A stretch of DNA of 63,970 nt from contig JAHECW010000007.1 of assembly GCA_024641545.1 (NCBI GenBank), positions 1-63,970 on the forward strand, in the 5' to 3' direction. Positions within the stretch are counted from its first letter, which is position 1; each line of letters begins with the position of its first letter. Position numbers and translations under genes: made by a program. This stretch comes from Acidobacteriota bacterium. Lineage in GTDB: Bacteria; Acidobacteriota; Thermoanaerobaculia; Thermoanaerobaculales; Sulfomarinibacteraceae. This document shows positions 37,794-48,402 of this stretch, in pieces. Under the pieces are notes generated by a model. It made no database searches. It was not told the origin of the DNA and was given only the letters and a program-made list of their open reading frames with translations.

Positions 37794-38374
37794 TCGACCT
37801 CGACCTCAACCGGGTCGGGGTTCCTCTTAAGTGGCCCGAGATCTTCGGTCGATCCGCTCCGGCGGATGTCGAGATTGGTTCCGGTAAGGGCAAGTTCCTG
37901 CTCGATCTCGCGGCGACGCAACCGGAACGCGACTTTCTTGCGGTCGAGAGGGCCGGCAAGTACCACCGGCTCTGCTGCGACCGCGCCGCCCGACGCGGGC
38001 TCTCCAACGTCAGATTGGTCCGCACCACCGCCGAAGATCTGCTTTTCCGGCTCCTCGTCGGGGCCTCCGTGGGACGCATCTTTGTTCTCTTCCCGGACCC
38101 GTGGCCGAAGAAACGCCACCACAAGCGCCGCCTGATCAAACCCGATGTGGTCGCGGCCATGCACAGCGCGCTGATCCCGGGCGGCCGACTTCTCGTCAAG
38201 ACCGACCACGAGGGTTATGCGGAGGCCATCTCCGAGGTCCTGGCGGGCGCCGTCGGCTTCTCGGTCCTCGACGCCGAGGAGGCCTATGCCGGGCTCCCCG
38301 AGACCGGCTTCGAGCGCAAATACCGGCAACAGGGGCGTCCGATCTACCCTTTCGCGCTGCAGAAAACAGGCTGA
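37790..38374 (+). CDS. trmB: tRNA (guanine46-N7) methyltransferase
   Basis: VEIGSGKG, FPDPWPKKRHHKRR, KTD, TGFERK. Confidence 0.94.
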   Translation: MIDLDLNRVGVPLKWPEIFGRSAPADVEIGSGKGKFLLDLAATQPERDFLAVERAGKYHRLCCDRAARRGLSNVRLVRTTAEDLLFRLLVGASVGRIFVLFPDPWPKKRHHKRRLIKPDVVAAMHSALIPGGRLLVKTDHEGYAEAISEVLAGAVGFSVLDAEEAYAGLPETGFERKYRQQGRPIYPFALQKTG

Positions 38375-38469
38375 AGACGCCCGCAACGCAGCGAGACACA
38401 GAGGGACTGATTCCAGTGCTGTCCTCGAGGCCGTACCAGGAACCGGGAGAATCGATTCGCCGAGCGCGG

Positions 38470-39849
38470 CTACTCCACCACTCCCGTGATGGCGCTTCCG
38501 TCCGAGAGCTGGACCTGCCATCGCACCGTCACTTTGCTGCGGGTGGAAGGCAGCCGGATCGAGCCGGTCCGGAGATCTTCACCCGGCGCGAGATAGGTCT
38601 CGACAAAACGAACCGCGTCCGGTCCGCCGGATGGACTCGGGCTCCACTCACCTTGGCCCATCGAACCGAGAATGACGCGATCGAAGCCGCCACGGGAGGT
38701 CGCCACCAGCGCCCCCGAGGCGACCTCCACCTGGACCCAGTTGCCGAACCCGGTGATCGCGCTGCGAAAGACGCTGGCATTGGCAAACCGAACCGTCAAT
38801 TCACGACCGCTGCGATCGAGCTGAATCTCGATCTTCGGGGCGGGGCCCTCACCACCGAGATAGCGAATCAACTCCTCCCGATCGAGGCCGAGATTGGGCC
38901 CCACCGGCGGCAGCGACACCAGGTCCCAGCCCTCCAACTCCGGGAGAATCGTCCGGTGGCACTCGGTCAGGTCGAAGCCGAGTCTGGCCGCGTCCATCCA
39001 GGCCACCGCGATGGTCTGGCCGGCGCCGAACGAGCGCCCTCCCCACGTCAGGGAGCGATTGGTCACAAAGCTGCGATCCAGGGTCGAGGCCCGCTTGACC
39101 TCGGCGGTCGCCTCGTCGGTCAAGACATCGACATCCTCCGCCCAACCACCGACCTCGGGCTCGGTCCGGGGGCGCAACGACAATCCGACCCGCACCCGAA
39201 CGCCCAGATCCCTGAGGGCCGCCAACCGAACCGACAACGGCTGGTTGTCCAGGTCTTCGAGACCACGAAGATCGGCGATCTGGGGCCCGAAGAGCGGTAC
39301 GAGGCATCGATGAGCGGCCTTGGCCACCGCCTGACCCAGCCGGGTCTCGATCTGAGACACGCGGAGAATCGGGATCACCGCCAGACCGGACTGTTGAGCG
39401 AACCGCGACACGAATCCGGCGGTTCCTTCACCGAGCTCAGGAAGATCCAGGATGATCTCGGAGGGCAACCGCTGTCCGAAATCGCTCTCCAGCGCGGCCC
39501 ATACGGCGTCGGCGGCGTCGCCGTCGTCCTTCGAAATCGGCTGCGGAATCTCCAACATCACCGCGGTCGGGATCGGCCCGTCAACGGGCGGCGACGGGAG
39601 GAGTTGAACCACCGGCACGCCGCCTGAGAGCCGGATCGCTCCCCGGCGGACCACCAGTTGGTCGACCCCAACCGCGGCAAGGCGGCCCGCCGTCTCGGCG
39701 TCGATGCCTTCGCCGGTGAGCCAGACCGTCGTCCTTCGCGGCGTGGGGGCGACATCGGCACTCAGTTGCCCCAGCTTCTGGTCGGAACACGCGGCGAGGA
39801 CCGGAACACCCGCCAACAGCACCGCGAGGTGAAAACGTCGCAGCTTCAT
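38470..39849 (-). CDS. Hypothetical lipoprotein (459 aa)
   Basis: Lipobox LAA-C (VLAACSDQ); long GC3-biased ORF; no firm family assignment. Confidence 0.8.
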   Translation of the reverse strand: MKLRRFHLAVLLAGVPVLAACSDQKLGQLSADVAPTPRRTTVWLTGEGIDAETAGRLAAVGVDQLVVRRGAIRLSGGVPVVQLLPSPPVDGPIPTAVMLEIPQPISKDDGDAADAVWAALESDFGQRLPSEIILDLPELGEGTAGFVSRFAQQSGLAVIPILRVSQIETRLGQAVAKAAHRCLVPLFGPQIADLRGLEDLDNQPLSVRLAALRDLGVRVRVGLSLRPRTEPEVGGWAEDVDVLTDEATAEVKRASTLDRSFVTNRSLTWGGRSFGAGQTIAVAWMDAARLGFDLTECHRTILPELEGWDLVSLPPVGPNLGLDREELIRYLGGEGPAPKIEIQLDRSGRELTVRFANASVFRSAITGFGNWVQVEVASGALVATSRGGFDRVILGSMGQGEWSPSPSGGPDAVRFVETYLAPGEDLRTGSIRLPSTRSKVTVRWQVQLSDGSAITGVVE

Positions 39850-39889
39850 GCCGTCATCCTAACAAAAAGCGCGGCAAAGACGGCGCCTC

Positions 39890-42800
39890 TCATGCGAGCG
39901 GCATCTCGATTCGGATCCGAAGGCCGCGCGCGCCGTTCTCGGCTTCGACCCTCCCGTGGCACCGAGTCACCACCTGCCGCACCAGCGCCAGACCCAGCCC
40001 GCTGCCCGATGCCGTGGTCGAGAAATGGGGGGAGAACAGATCCTGGAGCTGGCCGGACGGGACCCCTCCCCCACTGTCCTCGATTTCCATGACTCCCTGG
40101 CCCCCGCCCGCGGTGACCGTGAGGAGAATCTCTCCCGGACCGTCAGCGAGAGCGTCGAGACTGTTCTGCAGGAGATTCGCCAACGCCCGTTTGAGCCATT
40201 GTCGATCCGCCATCACCGTCGCCGAGGCCGGTGCCGGGAGATTGCGGGTGACGACAATCCCACGCCGATCGAGCACCCCGAGGCCCTCCGTGAGCTCTCT
40301 CACGGCATCGCTGAGATCGACCGGCACCGGCTGCCAGTGCTCGAGGGCGACGAGGTTCGAGAACGAGATCGCGGTGTCCTGGAGGCGGTCGACCTGGACC
40401 GCGATCTCACGGCACGCCTCCTCGAGCAGGCCGTCGAGGCCGGGGTCCTGCCGACGCCTCGCCTGATCCAGCTCCTGGACCCAGAGACGGACCGGCGTCA
40501 GCGGGTTCTTGACCTCATGGGCGACGATTCGAGCGAGCTGATTGAGCTGTTGCAAGCGATCCAACCGGACCACCTCTGTCACGTCGTCGATGACCGCCAC
40601 GAGACCGCTCCTGCCATCCGGAAGTGGGACCTTCGCCAGCCCGATGCGCCAGGTCAGATCACGCCCGGGAATCGGTTGCAACGTGATCCCGACCTCGGCG
40701 GAATCACTCATGTCCGCAGCCAGTTTCCGCACCTGGTCGTGGACCAGCTTCGCGTTTTCGTCGAGCAGCGCCTGGGCGCTCGGGTTGGTGAATTTCAGGT
40801 TTCCGTCGGGCTCAAACACCATCACCGCGGGCGACAGATTGGCCAGGGTGATCCGGAGGAGCTCTTCCTGGTGGCGCAGGCTGAGTTCCCGCCGTCTCAC
40901 CTCTTCGTTCATCGATCGGACCGCATCGAGGACCTCGGCGAGATCGGTTTCCCGGGGCCGGCGAACCGGTCCGACCGGTTCACCCCGCACCAGTCGCCCG
41001 GCAAGATCCACGAGTTCCCGCAGCGACACGCTCAACCGCTCCTCGATCCGACCGGTCGCGATGAGGGCGATCAAGGCCGCGAGAAGCGCTCCGGTCAACA
41101 ACCAGTCCACCGCGTCGGGGGCCTCTCCGGCACGCAACGGATCGGCCCGATAAAGCTGGAGAATCACGCGCGTGCCTTCCACGGCGACGGCCCCTGCCGA
41201 CGTCACCCACTTCGGGCGCCGCAGAACCACGGTGTCGGTGCGGCCGAGCAGGTAGGCCGGGAACGCCTCAACCGCCGGGAGTTGCGAGAGCCGCCCGACG
41301 CTGTACAGATCCGGTCTCGACACCGCCACCGCCGCGGTCCGGTCGAAGAAGACGACCTCTCCACCCCATCCCCGTGCGAGCCAGGCGGCGAGTTGGTCAT
41401 CGACGACCACGCCGCCGCCGAGGTGCTCGATGGTGTAGCGCGCCGCTTCGAAGGCGTCACGACCGATCACCTCCTCGAGGCGAGCCTCCTCGCGCCCCAG
41501 CCGAAGTTGGAGAAACAGGGTGAGGATCACCAGCGGGATCACCACGCCGCCGGCGACCAGAAGCCGCAGCCGCCCACCGAAGGTCGCGAACTGCTCTCGC
41601 CGCACCACCGGCGGCCGCGCCAGCACGAGCCCGATGAAGGCCCAGACAACCGCGAGGGCGATCCGAACCACCCACACCGGGGGGGCCGGCGGGTGGGCCA
41701 CCGCGGCCACCAACCAGTCCCCTCGCCGCTGCACCCGCGCCAAAGCGCCGCCGTCACCCACCCTGATGCCGGTCCACACGGCCCCGGAGTGGTAGGCTTC
41801 GCCCGCCACGGCGGGATCGAGGCCGCTGATTTCAGGGTGAAGCGTGGCGGCGACCGACCCCGACCGGGTGAGCACCGCGTACCACACCGGCCTCTGCCAA
41901 GCGTCTCCGAGGGGGTCTCCGCTCGCCCAGTCCGCAAGCCAGTTCCAGGGCTCGGTGGCGACGTCGAGCTCGACTCGGATCCCGTCAGCGCGGCCGAGCG
42001 GCCACGCCCGAACGAGGCGCTGCCGGTCGCCCGCCGGCGACAAATCTCCCCAACTGGAGAGCTCGAGATCGTCCGCGCTGACCACCGTGAGCCGCGACGG
42101 CGTCGACCACCCGTCGAGCCCCCACCGCCGGGCGAGCACCGTCGCGAGATCGTCGAGACGACACCGGTCGGCTGCGTCCGGCAGCACCTCCTCGGTTGCG
42201 ACGGTCGAACGCGGCAGCACGACCCCACCCGTCCCGGCCGGGCCGGCATCCAGGATCTGCGCCGGATACCAGGCCAGATCAACGACCAGCCCGACGAGCG
42301 CGAGGCACCCGGCGGCCAGTACTCGGCGCTCGAGCGGGAACGACCTTCCCGCCAGGCCCGGCCAGCCGCTGAGAACCCACGCCAGCGCGACCATCCAGAC
42401 CCCGCCCCAGCCGGGTCGAAGGAGATGGTTCGGCAGCCAGGATTCAAGACCGCTCAACGGTCCGGCCAGCCTCACGACCGCTCCCGCGAAAACGGTCACG
42501 ACGACCAGGAGACGGGCCCAGGGCCTCGGCAGCTCGCGGCCGAGACGCCCGACGGCGGCGCCGCCGAGCAGGATCAGGATCATCTGCTCCGCGCCGCCGA
42601 GGCCGACCGGCGTCCGCGCCGCGATCGCCAACCCGAGCAGGACCGCCGCCCAGGCGGCGCGCGGCGCCGCCAGCAGGCCGCAGATCACGACGACCAGCCA
42701 GCCGACGCTGAACAGGCCTCTTCTCTCGACCGCCGCGACTCCCTCGAATGCGACATGGACCTCGGCGCCGGGGGCAACCTCGGAGGTCACGGGAACGGCA

Positions 42801-43480
42801 TCGGAGTCGAATCTCCCGAGGATCAGCCGGTATCCCCGGGGAGCGCGCATGCCCCACGCCGTGCCGCCGCGAAGCTCGGCTCGGTCGGCCACCGTCACCG
42901 AGCCGACGATCCGGCCTTCGATCATCATCGGTTCCCGCAAGTGGAGCACCCCGCGAGACGCGGACCACTCGATGCCCCACGCCCTCGGCCCGAGAGGTCG
43001 CAGATCGATCGGGAAGTCCCGTTCGACCCCACCCCACGCGAGGAGCTGCCCCCGGTCGTCGGCAAGATAGATGGTCCGCCCTTCGGTCTGCCGCGCCACC
43101 CCATGGAGAAACTCGAACGGGCGTGTCGGATTCAGGGCCTCGCCGGTCGTCGCGAAAAGGCGGTTCAACCCGTCATCGCCGACAATCGCGCCCGCGGTCG
43201 ACAGCATCTCCCGGCAGTGGCCGTCGAAATCAGCCGCCAATCGCTCCGGTTCCGGCGCGGTCGCGACCGGGGCCATCGCCCCAGCCACGGCCAGGACCAC
43301 TCCCAACCAGGGCCAGCGACCGGCGCCGCTTGGCCGCGCGAGAAGAATCAGCAGGGCCACGACCGCGCCGAGAAGCCCGATCCGGGGCTCCAGCCCGGGC
43401 CACGGAGCGCAGATCACCAAAGCGGCCAGCGCGAGCCACCACGACCGGGTGAAAGAGGGATCTGATTCGCGGAAAACCAT
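39890..43480 (-). CDS. Large multi-TM sensor histidine kinase (HAMP-PAS-HisKA-HATPase, NtrY-like)
   Basis: H box LARIVAHEVKNPLTPVRL, N box NLLQNSLDA, DSGGGV, FSPHFSTT, GSGLGL. Start ATG 43480; the track extension is translated repeat DNA. Confidence 0.9.
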   Translation of the reverse strand: MVFRESDPSFTRSWWLALAALVICAPWPGLEPRIGLLGAVVALLILLARPSGAGRWPWLGVVLAVAGAMAPVATAPEPERLAADFDGHCREMLSTAGAIVGDDGLNRLFATTGEALNPTRPFEFLHGVARQTEGRTIYLADDRGQLLAWGGVERDFPIDLRPLGPRAWGIEWSASRGVLHLREPMMIEGRIVGSVTVADRAELRGGTAWGMRAPRGYRLILGRFDSDAVPVTSEVAPGAEVHVAFEGVAAVERRGLFSVGWLVVVICGLLAAPRAAWAAVLLGLAIAARTPVGLGGAEQMILILLGGAAVGRLGRELPRPWARLLVVVTVFAGAVVRLAGPLSGLESWLPNHLLRPGWGGVWMVALAWVLSGWPGLAGRSFPLERRVLAAGCLALVGLVVDLAWYPAQILDAGPAGTGGVVLPRSTVATEEVLPDAADRCRLDDLATVLARRWGLDGWSTPSRLTVVSADDLELSSWGDLSPAGDRQRLVRAWPLGRADGIRVELDVATEPWNWLADWASGDPLGDAWQRPVWYAVLTRSGSVAATLHPEISGLDPAVAGEAYHSGAVWTGIRVGDGGALARVQRRGDWLVAAVAHPPAPPVWVVRIALAVVWAFIGLVLARPPVVRREQFATFGGRLRLLVAGGVVIPLVILTLFLQLRLGREEARLEEVIGRDAFEAARYTIEHLGGGVVVDDQLAAWLARGWGGEVVFFDRTAAVAVSRPDLYSVGRLSQLPAVEAFPAYLLGRTDTVVLRRPKWVTSAGAVAVEGTRVILQLYRADPLRAGEAPDAVDWLLTGALLAALIALIATGRIEERLSVSLRELVDLAGRLVRGEPVGPVRRPRETDLAEVLDAVRSMNEEVRRRELSLRHQEELLRITLANLSPAVMVFEPDGNLKFTNPSAQALLDENAKLVHDQVRKLAADMSDSAEVGITLQPIPGRDLTWRIGLAKVPLPDGRSGLVAVIDDVTEVVRLDRLQQLNQLARIVAHEVKNPLTPVRLWVQELDQARRRQDPGLDGLLEEACREIAVQVDRLQDTAISFSNLVALEHWQPVPVDLSDAVRELTEGLGVLDRRGIVVTRNLPAPASATVMADRQWLKRALANLLQNSLDALADGPGEILLTVTAGGGQGVMEIEDSGGGVPSGQLQDLFSPHFSTTASGSGLGLALVRQVVTRCHGRVEAENGARGLRIRIEMPLA

Positions 43481-43527
43481 ACCGGACCAGTATAGGGCGA
43501 CAGAACCCGGACATGGCATCCTCAACT

Positions 43528-43661
<134 letters not shown>

Positions 43662-43692
43662 GGGTAGAATATCCACCGCAAAGGAGAAGCCC

Positions 43693-44997
43693 ATGACCCA
43701 ACGCGACATGCGCGGCGGCAACTACGCGGCGGAGCTCGAAGCGCCCACGGTCTACCGCGAGCGGCGGCAACGATTGGCAGAGAGTATCGGCGGCGGCACC
43801 ATCGTCATGTGGGGCGCCGGCGACGATCGCGGTTACGGCGACGTCGGGACCTTTCGCCAGAGCTCGTCTTTTTTCTATCTCACCGGCGTCGAGCTGCCGA
43901 ACGCGATCATGGTCCTGCGTCCCGCGGAGGGCTTCGACGCGCTCTTTCTGCCGCCCCGAAACCCCAATGTCGAGCGCTGGACCGGACCGAAGTTCGGTCC
44001 CGGCGAGGAAGCCGCCGAGGCTCTCGGTTTCGACGAGGTGCTGTCATCGGATCCTTCCGAGATCGTCCTCGATGCGCGGCGCCGACCCGTTCCCGGTTTT
44101 GAAGGCCGGCTGCAGGGATGGCTCGGCGATGCGGAGGCCGTTCTCTGGACCGAATACCCGGCGGTCGGCGCCGCCTCGGTGCTCCCTCCGACCCACCGAT
44201 TCGTTTCGCGGCTCCGGGAACGGTTGCCCAGCTTCGAGGTCCGCGACCTCGGCGGACACCTCACCGCCATGCGCCTGGTCAAGAGCGAATCCGAGGTTGC
44301 CCTCCTGCGCAAGGCCGTCGAAGGCTCCATGGCGGGTCAGCGCGCCGCCGCCGGCGTGATTGCCCCCGGCATCCTCGAAGGCGCGGTGGACGGAGCGGTC
44401 TATGCGGCATTTCGCGCCCACGGCGCCGAGGGCCTTTCTTTCCCCTCCATCGTCGGCTGCGGCTCCAACGCGACCACCCTCCACTACGACCAGAACGTCG
44501 GCACCTGCATCGACGGCGAGCTGGTCGTCGTCGACGTGGGGGCGCGCTACGGCTACTACTGCGGCGATCTGACCCGCACCTACCCGGTCAACGGACGGTT
44601 CAACGACCGGCAACGAGGGATCTACGACCTCGTGCTCGAGGCCCACGACCGAGTTGCCGAGGCGATCAGACCCGGCATCCGGATCTTCGATCTCCGCAAG
44701 ATCGCCTACGAGGTCATGGAATCGTCCGGCCTGCGCGACGCCGACGGTGAGAAACTGGGGCAGTACTTCATCCACGGGCTCGGCCACTTCCTCGGTCTCG
44801 ACGCCCACGACCCGGGTTCGGAGGAGGCGATCCTCGTTCCCGGCAACGTCATCACCAACGAGCCGGGGATCTACATCCCGGACGAATCGCTGGGGGTCAG
44901 GATCGAGAACGACTTCCTGGTCACCGAGACGGGGTCGGAGAACCTCTCGGCGGCGCTGCCGACCCGGGCCGAGGAGATCGAGGCGATGATGCGGTAA
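43693..44997 (+). CDS. pepP: Xaa-Pro aminopeptidase (M24B)
   Basis: FRQSSSFFYLTG, LHY, VDVGA..YCGDLTRTYP, HGLGHFLGLDAHD, NEPGIY, GVRIEND; AAGGAG RBS. Confidence 0.93.
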   Translation: MTQRDMRGGNYAAELEAPTVYRERRQRLAESIGGGTIVMWGAGDDRGYGDVGTFRQSSSFFYLTGVELPNAIMVLRPAEGFDALFLPPRNPNVERWTGPKFGPGEEAAEALGFDEVLSSDPSEIVLDARRRPVPGFEGRLQGWLGDAEAVLWTEYPAVGAASVLPPTHRFVSRLRERLPSFEVRDLGGHLTAMRLVKSESEVALLRKAVEGSMAGQRAAAGVIAPGILEGAVDGAVYAAFRAHGAEGLSFPSIVGCGSNATTLHYDQNVGTCIDGELVVVDVGARYGYYCGDLTRTYPVNGRFNDRQRGIYDLVLEAHDRVAEAIRPGIRIFDLRKIAYEVMESSGLRDADGEKLGQYFIHGLGHFLGLDAHDPGSEEAILVPGNVITNEPGIYIPDESLGVRIENDFLVTETGSENLSAALPTRAEEIEAMMR

Positions 44998-45058
44998 ACT
45001 GCCCCGGTATCGAACGGCACTTTGAGAACCAGACCGAACTATCAAGCTGGAGGGTCCG

Positions 45059-46117
45059 ATGACAGTTGGCATCGTCGGTTACGGCGCCTTCGTCCCGAGG
45101 CGCCGCATCAAGCTCGAGGAGATCGCCAAGGTGTGGGGAGCTGACGCTCCCGCCTACAAGCGCGGCCTCCAACTCTTTGAAAAATCGGTGCCCGGCGCCG
45201 ACGAAGACACGGTCACCATGTCGGTGGAAGCGGCGCGCAACGCTCTCGCCCGTTCGGGTGGAGTCGATCCCGCCGATATCGGCGCCCTCTACATCGGGTC
45301 CGAGTCCCATCCGTATGCCGTCAAGCCTTCGGGGACCATCGTGGCCGAGGCCATCGGCGCGGTTCCGGCGCTCCACGTGGCCGATCTCGAGTTCGCCTGC
45401 AAGGCGGGGACCGAGAGTCTCTTCATCGCCCAGGCGCTGGTCAAGGCCGGCGAGGTCAAGTACGCGGTCGGGATCGGCGCCGACACCTCGCAGGGCGCCC
45501 CCGGAGACGCCCTCGAGTATTCGGCCGCCGCCGGCGCCGCGGCCTTTATATTCGGCGCCGACGAGGACCTCATCCTCGCCGAGATCGTCGACACCTACAG
45601 CTGGACGACCGACACCCCCGATTTCTGGCGCCGCGAGTACATGCACTACCCTCGCCACGGCAGCCGATTCACCGGTGAACCGGCCTACTTTCGCCACAGC
45701 ATGAACTCAGCTCGCGGGATGATGGACAAAGCGGGGTTGGAGCCCGGGGACTTCGCGTACGCCATCTTCCACCAGCCCAACGGGAAGTTCCCGATGCGGG
45801 TCGGCAAGAAGCTCGGCTTCACCAACGAGCAGCTCGAAACCGGGTGGCTCTCGCCGTGGCTCGGCAACACCTACTCCGGCGCCTCCCCCATCGGCCTCAC
45901 CGCGGTGCTCGACATCGCGTCGCCGGGGGATCTGATCCTGCTGACCTCGTTCGGATCCGGCGCCGGATCGGACTCCTTCGTCATCCGGGTCACCGGCCGC
46001 ATCTCCGAGGTCCAGGACCTGGCGCCCAAGACCCGCGAACAGCTTGACGAAAACAAGATCTACCTCGAGTACGGCGCCTACGCCAAGCTCCGCGGCAAGA
46101 TCCGCATGGCCGAGTAG
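45059..46117 (+). CDS. Archaeal-type hydroxymethylglutaryl-CoA synthase
   Basis: [33 protein letters not shown] (catalytic Cys), [32 protein letters not shown]. Confidence 0.93.
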   Translation: MTVGIVGYGAFVPRRRIKLEEIAKVWGADAPAYKRGLQLFEKSVPGADEDTVTMSVEAARNALARSGGVDPADIGALYIGSESHPYAVKPSGTIVAEAIGAVPALHVADLEFACKAGTESLFIAQALVKAGEVKYAVGIGADTSQGAPGDALEYSAAAGAAAFIFGADEDLILAEIVDTYSWTTDTPDFWRREYMHYPRHGSRFTGEPAYFRHSMNSARGMMDKAGLEPGDFAYAIFHQPNGKFPMRVGKKLGFTNEQLETGWLSPWLGNTYSGASPIGLTAVLDIASPGDLILLTSFGSGAGSDSFVIRVTGRISEVQDLAPKTREQLDENKIYLEYGAYAKLRGKIRMAE

Positions 46118-46130
46118 AAAGGAGGTCGAA

Positions 46131-47291
46131 ATGCGAGATGTAGCAGTTATCGGAATCGGGATGACCTCCTTCGGCGAGCTCTGGGAGACCCCGCTGCGAT
46201 CGTTGTGGGCAGAAGCGGCGTTGGCCGCCCTCGACAATGCCGGGATCGACTCGGTGGACCTGGTCACCATCGGCTGCATGTCCTCGGGGCTCTTCACCGG
46301 CCAGGAACACCTGGCCTCTCTCCTCGCCGATGAGCTGGGCATGGCCGGTGTCCCCGCCACCCGGGTCGAATCGGCCTGCGCATCAGGCGGGCTGGCGGTT
46401 CGCGCCGGCTTTGCCGAGGTCGCATCCGGCCTCTGCGACACCGTGCTCGTCACCGGCGTCGAGAAGATGACCGATGTCGACGGGGCCGACGCCACCTACG
46501 CCCTCGGCACCGCCGCCGATGCCGAGTGGGAGGGTTTCCACGGCGTGACCTTCCCGGGTCTGTACGCCATGTTGGCCCGGATCCACATGCAGAAATACGG
46601 CACCACGCGAGAGCAGCTCGCCCGGGTCGCCGTCAAGAACCACGCCAACGGCCTGCTCAACCCCCACGCCCAGTACCACCTCAAGGTGACGGTCCAGGAT
46701 GTGGTGAACTCGACGCTGGTCGCCGACCCGCTCTGCCTGCTCGATTGTTCGCCGGTGACCGACGGCGCCGCGGCATTGGTCCTCACCACCGCAGAACGCG
46801 CCCGAGAGATCGCGGGCGACAAACCGGTGGTGGTCATCACCGGCTCCGGGATGGCCACGGACACGGTGACCCTGGCCAATCGAGCCGATCTCGCCGAACT
46901 CGGCGCGGTCAAGCTGGCCGGCGAACGGGCCTATGCGATGGCGCGTCGCAAACCCGAGGACATCCACCTCGTCGAGGTCCACGACTGTTTCACCATCGCC
47001 GAGATCATGGCGACCGAGGCCCTCGGCTTCTTCAACCCCGGCTTCGGCGGCTCGGCCGTCGAAAAGGGGCTCACGAGCCTCCAGGGCAAGATTCCGGTCA
47101 ACACCTCCGGAGGTCTCAAGTCCAAGGGGCACCCGGTCGGCGCCACCGGCGTCGCTCAGGTCGTGGAGATCGTCAGCCAACTTCGCGGCGAGGCCGGCCA
47201 GCGGCAGGTCCAGGGCGCGAAGATCGGCATGGCGCAGAACATGGGCGGATCCGGCGGCAGCTCGGTGGTCCACATCCTGGAGGTGGTCTGA
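46131..47291 (+). CDS. Archaeal-type acetyl-CoA acetyltransferase (thiolase)
   Basis: [49 protein letters not shown]; AAGGAGG RBS. Confidence 0.93.
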   Translation: MRDVAVIGIGMTSFGELWETPLRSLWAEAALAALDNAGIDSVDLVTIGCMSSGLFTGQEHLASLLADELGMAGVPATRVESACASGGLAVRAGFAEVASGLCDTVLVTGVEKMTDVDGADATYALGTAADAEWEGFHGVTFPGLYAMLARIHMQKYGTTREQLARVAVKNHANGLLNPHAQYHLKVTVQDVVNSTLVADPLCLLDCSPVTDGAAALVLTTAERAREIAGDKPVVVITGSGMATDTVTLANRADLAELGAVKLAGERAYAMARRKPEDIHLVEVHDCFTIAEIMATEALGFFNPGFGGSAVEKGLTSLQGKIPVNTSGGLKSKGHPVGATGVAQVVEIVSQLRGEAGQRQVQGAKIGMAQNMGGSGGSSVVHILEVV

Positions 47292-47692
47292 TGTTTTCCC
47301 CGGCACGAGCCTGGCGTGAGTACCCCCAGCGCTACCGTCTCGAGGCGGCCAAGTGCACCGAGTGTTCCAAGATCCTCTACCCCCCGCGGTTGGTGTGCCC
47401 CGCCTGCGGCGGGCGCACGTTCACGCCGGAGATCCTGCCGCGGGAAGGCAAGGTCGTGACCTTCACCGTCATCCGGGTTCCGCCCGCGGGCTTCACCGAG
47501 CAGACTCCGCTCCCCCTCGCGTTGGTCGAGCTCGCCAACGGCGTTCGCCTCATGGTCCAAATCGGCGATGTCGAGAACCCCGAGACACTTGAGATCGGGA
47601 TGCCGGTGCGGCTCGAGTTCCGGAGAATCTCCTGGGACGGAGAGGCGGGCGTGATCTTCTACGGTCACAAGGCGGTGCGGGCCGGGTCCTGA
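47291..47692 (+). CDS. DUF35 Zn-ribbon/OB-fold scaffold protein
   Basis: TGATG overlap; CTEC..YPPRLVCPAC, GKVVTFTVI, IGMPVRLEFRRI..YGHK. Confidence 0.92.
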   Translation: MFSPARAWREYPQRYRLEAAKCTECSKILYPPRLVCPACGGRTFTPEILPREGKVVTFTVIRVPPAGFTEQTPLPLALVELANGVRLMVQIGDVENPETLEIGMPVRLEFRRISWDGEAGVIFYGHKAVRAGS

Positions 47693-47771
47693 TGCCGGGA
47701 CCGGCCCGGTTCGTCGGGTGACGCGCTGCGGCGTCATTGACCCGCCCGTCTGAATCTGCAAAGATGTCACT

Positions 47772-48143
47772 ATGAACGACGATTCAACCACGATCGAACT
47801 TTGCACCATCAATGAGATCGACCCCGACGCGGTGGCCTTTGTCCAGGGCAGGGCCCTGCCCGACCGTACGGTCGAGCGTCTCAGCCGGTTGTTTTCCGCC
47901 CTTGCCGATCCGACCAGGCTCAAGATCGTCAACGCCCTCATGGTCACGAAGGAGCTCTGCGTCTGCGATCTTGCCGTCATCGCCGACCTCTCGGTCTCGG
48001 CGGTGAGCCATCAGCTTCGTCTGCTTCGCGATCGCGATCTGGTCCACGCCCGCCGCGAGGGACGTATGGTCTACTACAGCCTCGCCGACGACCACGTCTC
48101 GACCCTGATGGCCTCGGGCATCGACCACGCCAACGAAGGCTGA
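47772..48143 (+). CDS. ArsR/SmtB-family transcriptional regulator
   Basis: FSALADPTRLKI, ELCVCDLA, SAVSHQLRLLR, YYSLADDHV..H; promoter TTGACC-17-AAAGAT ends 6 nt before the ATG. Confidence 0.93.
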   Translation: MNDDSTTIELCTINEIDPDAVAFVQGRALPDRTVERLSRLFSALADPTRLKIVNALMVTKELCVCDLAVIADLSVSAVSHQLRLLRDRDLVHARREGRMVYYSLADDHVSTLMASGIDHANEG

Positions 48144-48160
48144 CCCGCAGATCATACTGA

Positions 48161-48315
48161 GCCTGTTGTCCCGGACAATCCACCGCGACAGGATTCCGGG
48201 CATCGGCGACCTTCGGATGTGCCGCCTCGAACCTCGTTCGAATTCGGCAGAGCCTCGACGCCGCCCGAGCCCCGATACCGGACACTGTTCAAGCGGGCAC
48301 TCTCGGGCGACAGGC
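48161..48315. other. Long fold-back intergenic element (candidate structured RNA or miniature inverted repeat)
   Basis: Nested complementary arms: GCCTGTTGTCCCG/CGGGCGACAGGC, TCCGGGCATCGG/CCGATACCGGA, TGCCG..TCGAAC/GTTCGA..CGGCA. Confidence 0.35.
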
Positions 48316-48402
48316 ACGGGAGCATGACCCCGGGAGTGGCGGCCCGTGCACGTGATGCCGCCTCCCGACACACGATGAGATAAGATCAGACTGCGGGTCT
48401 CG

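Noticed and set aside
45059-47692. phlACB-type DAPG acetyltransferase cluster
   Set aside because: The synthase keeps its catalytic Cys/His and archaeal HMGS motifs, and no type III PKS (phlD) is nearby.
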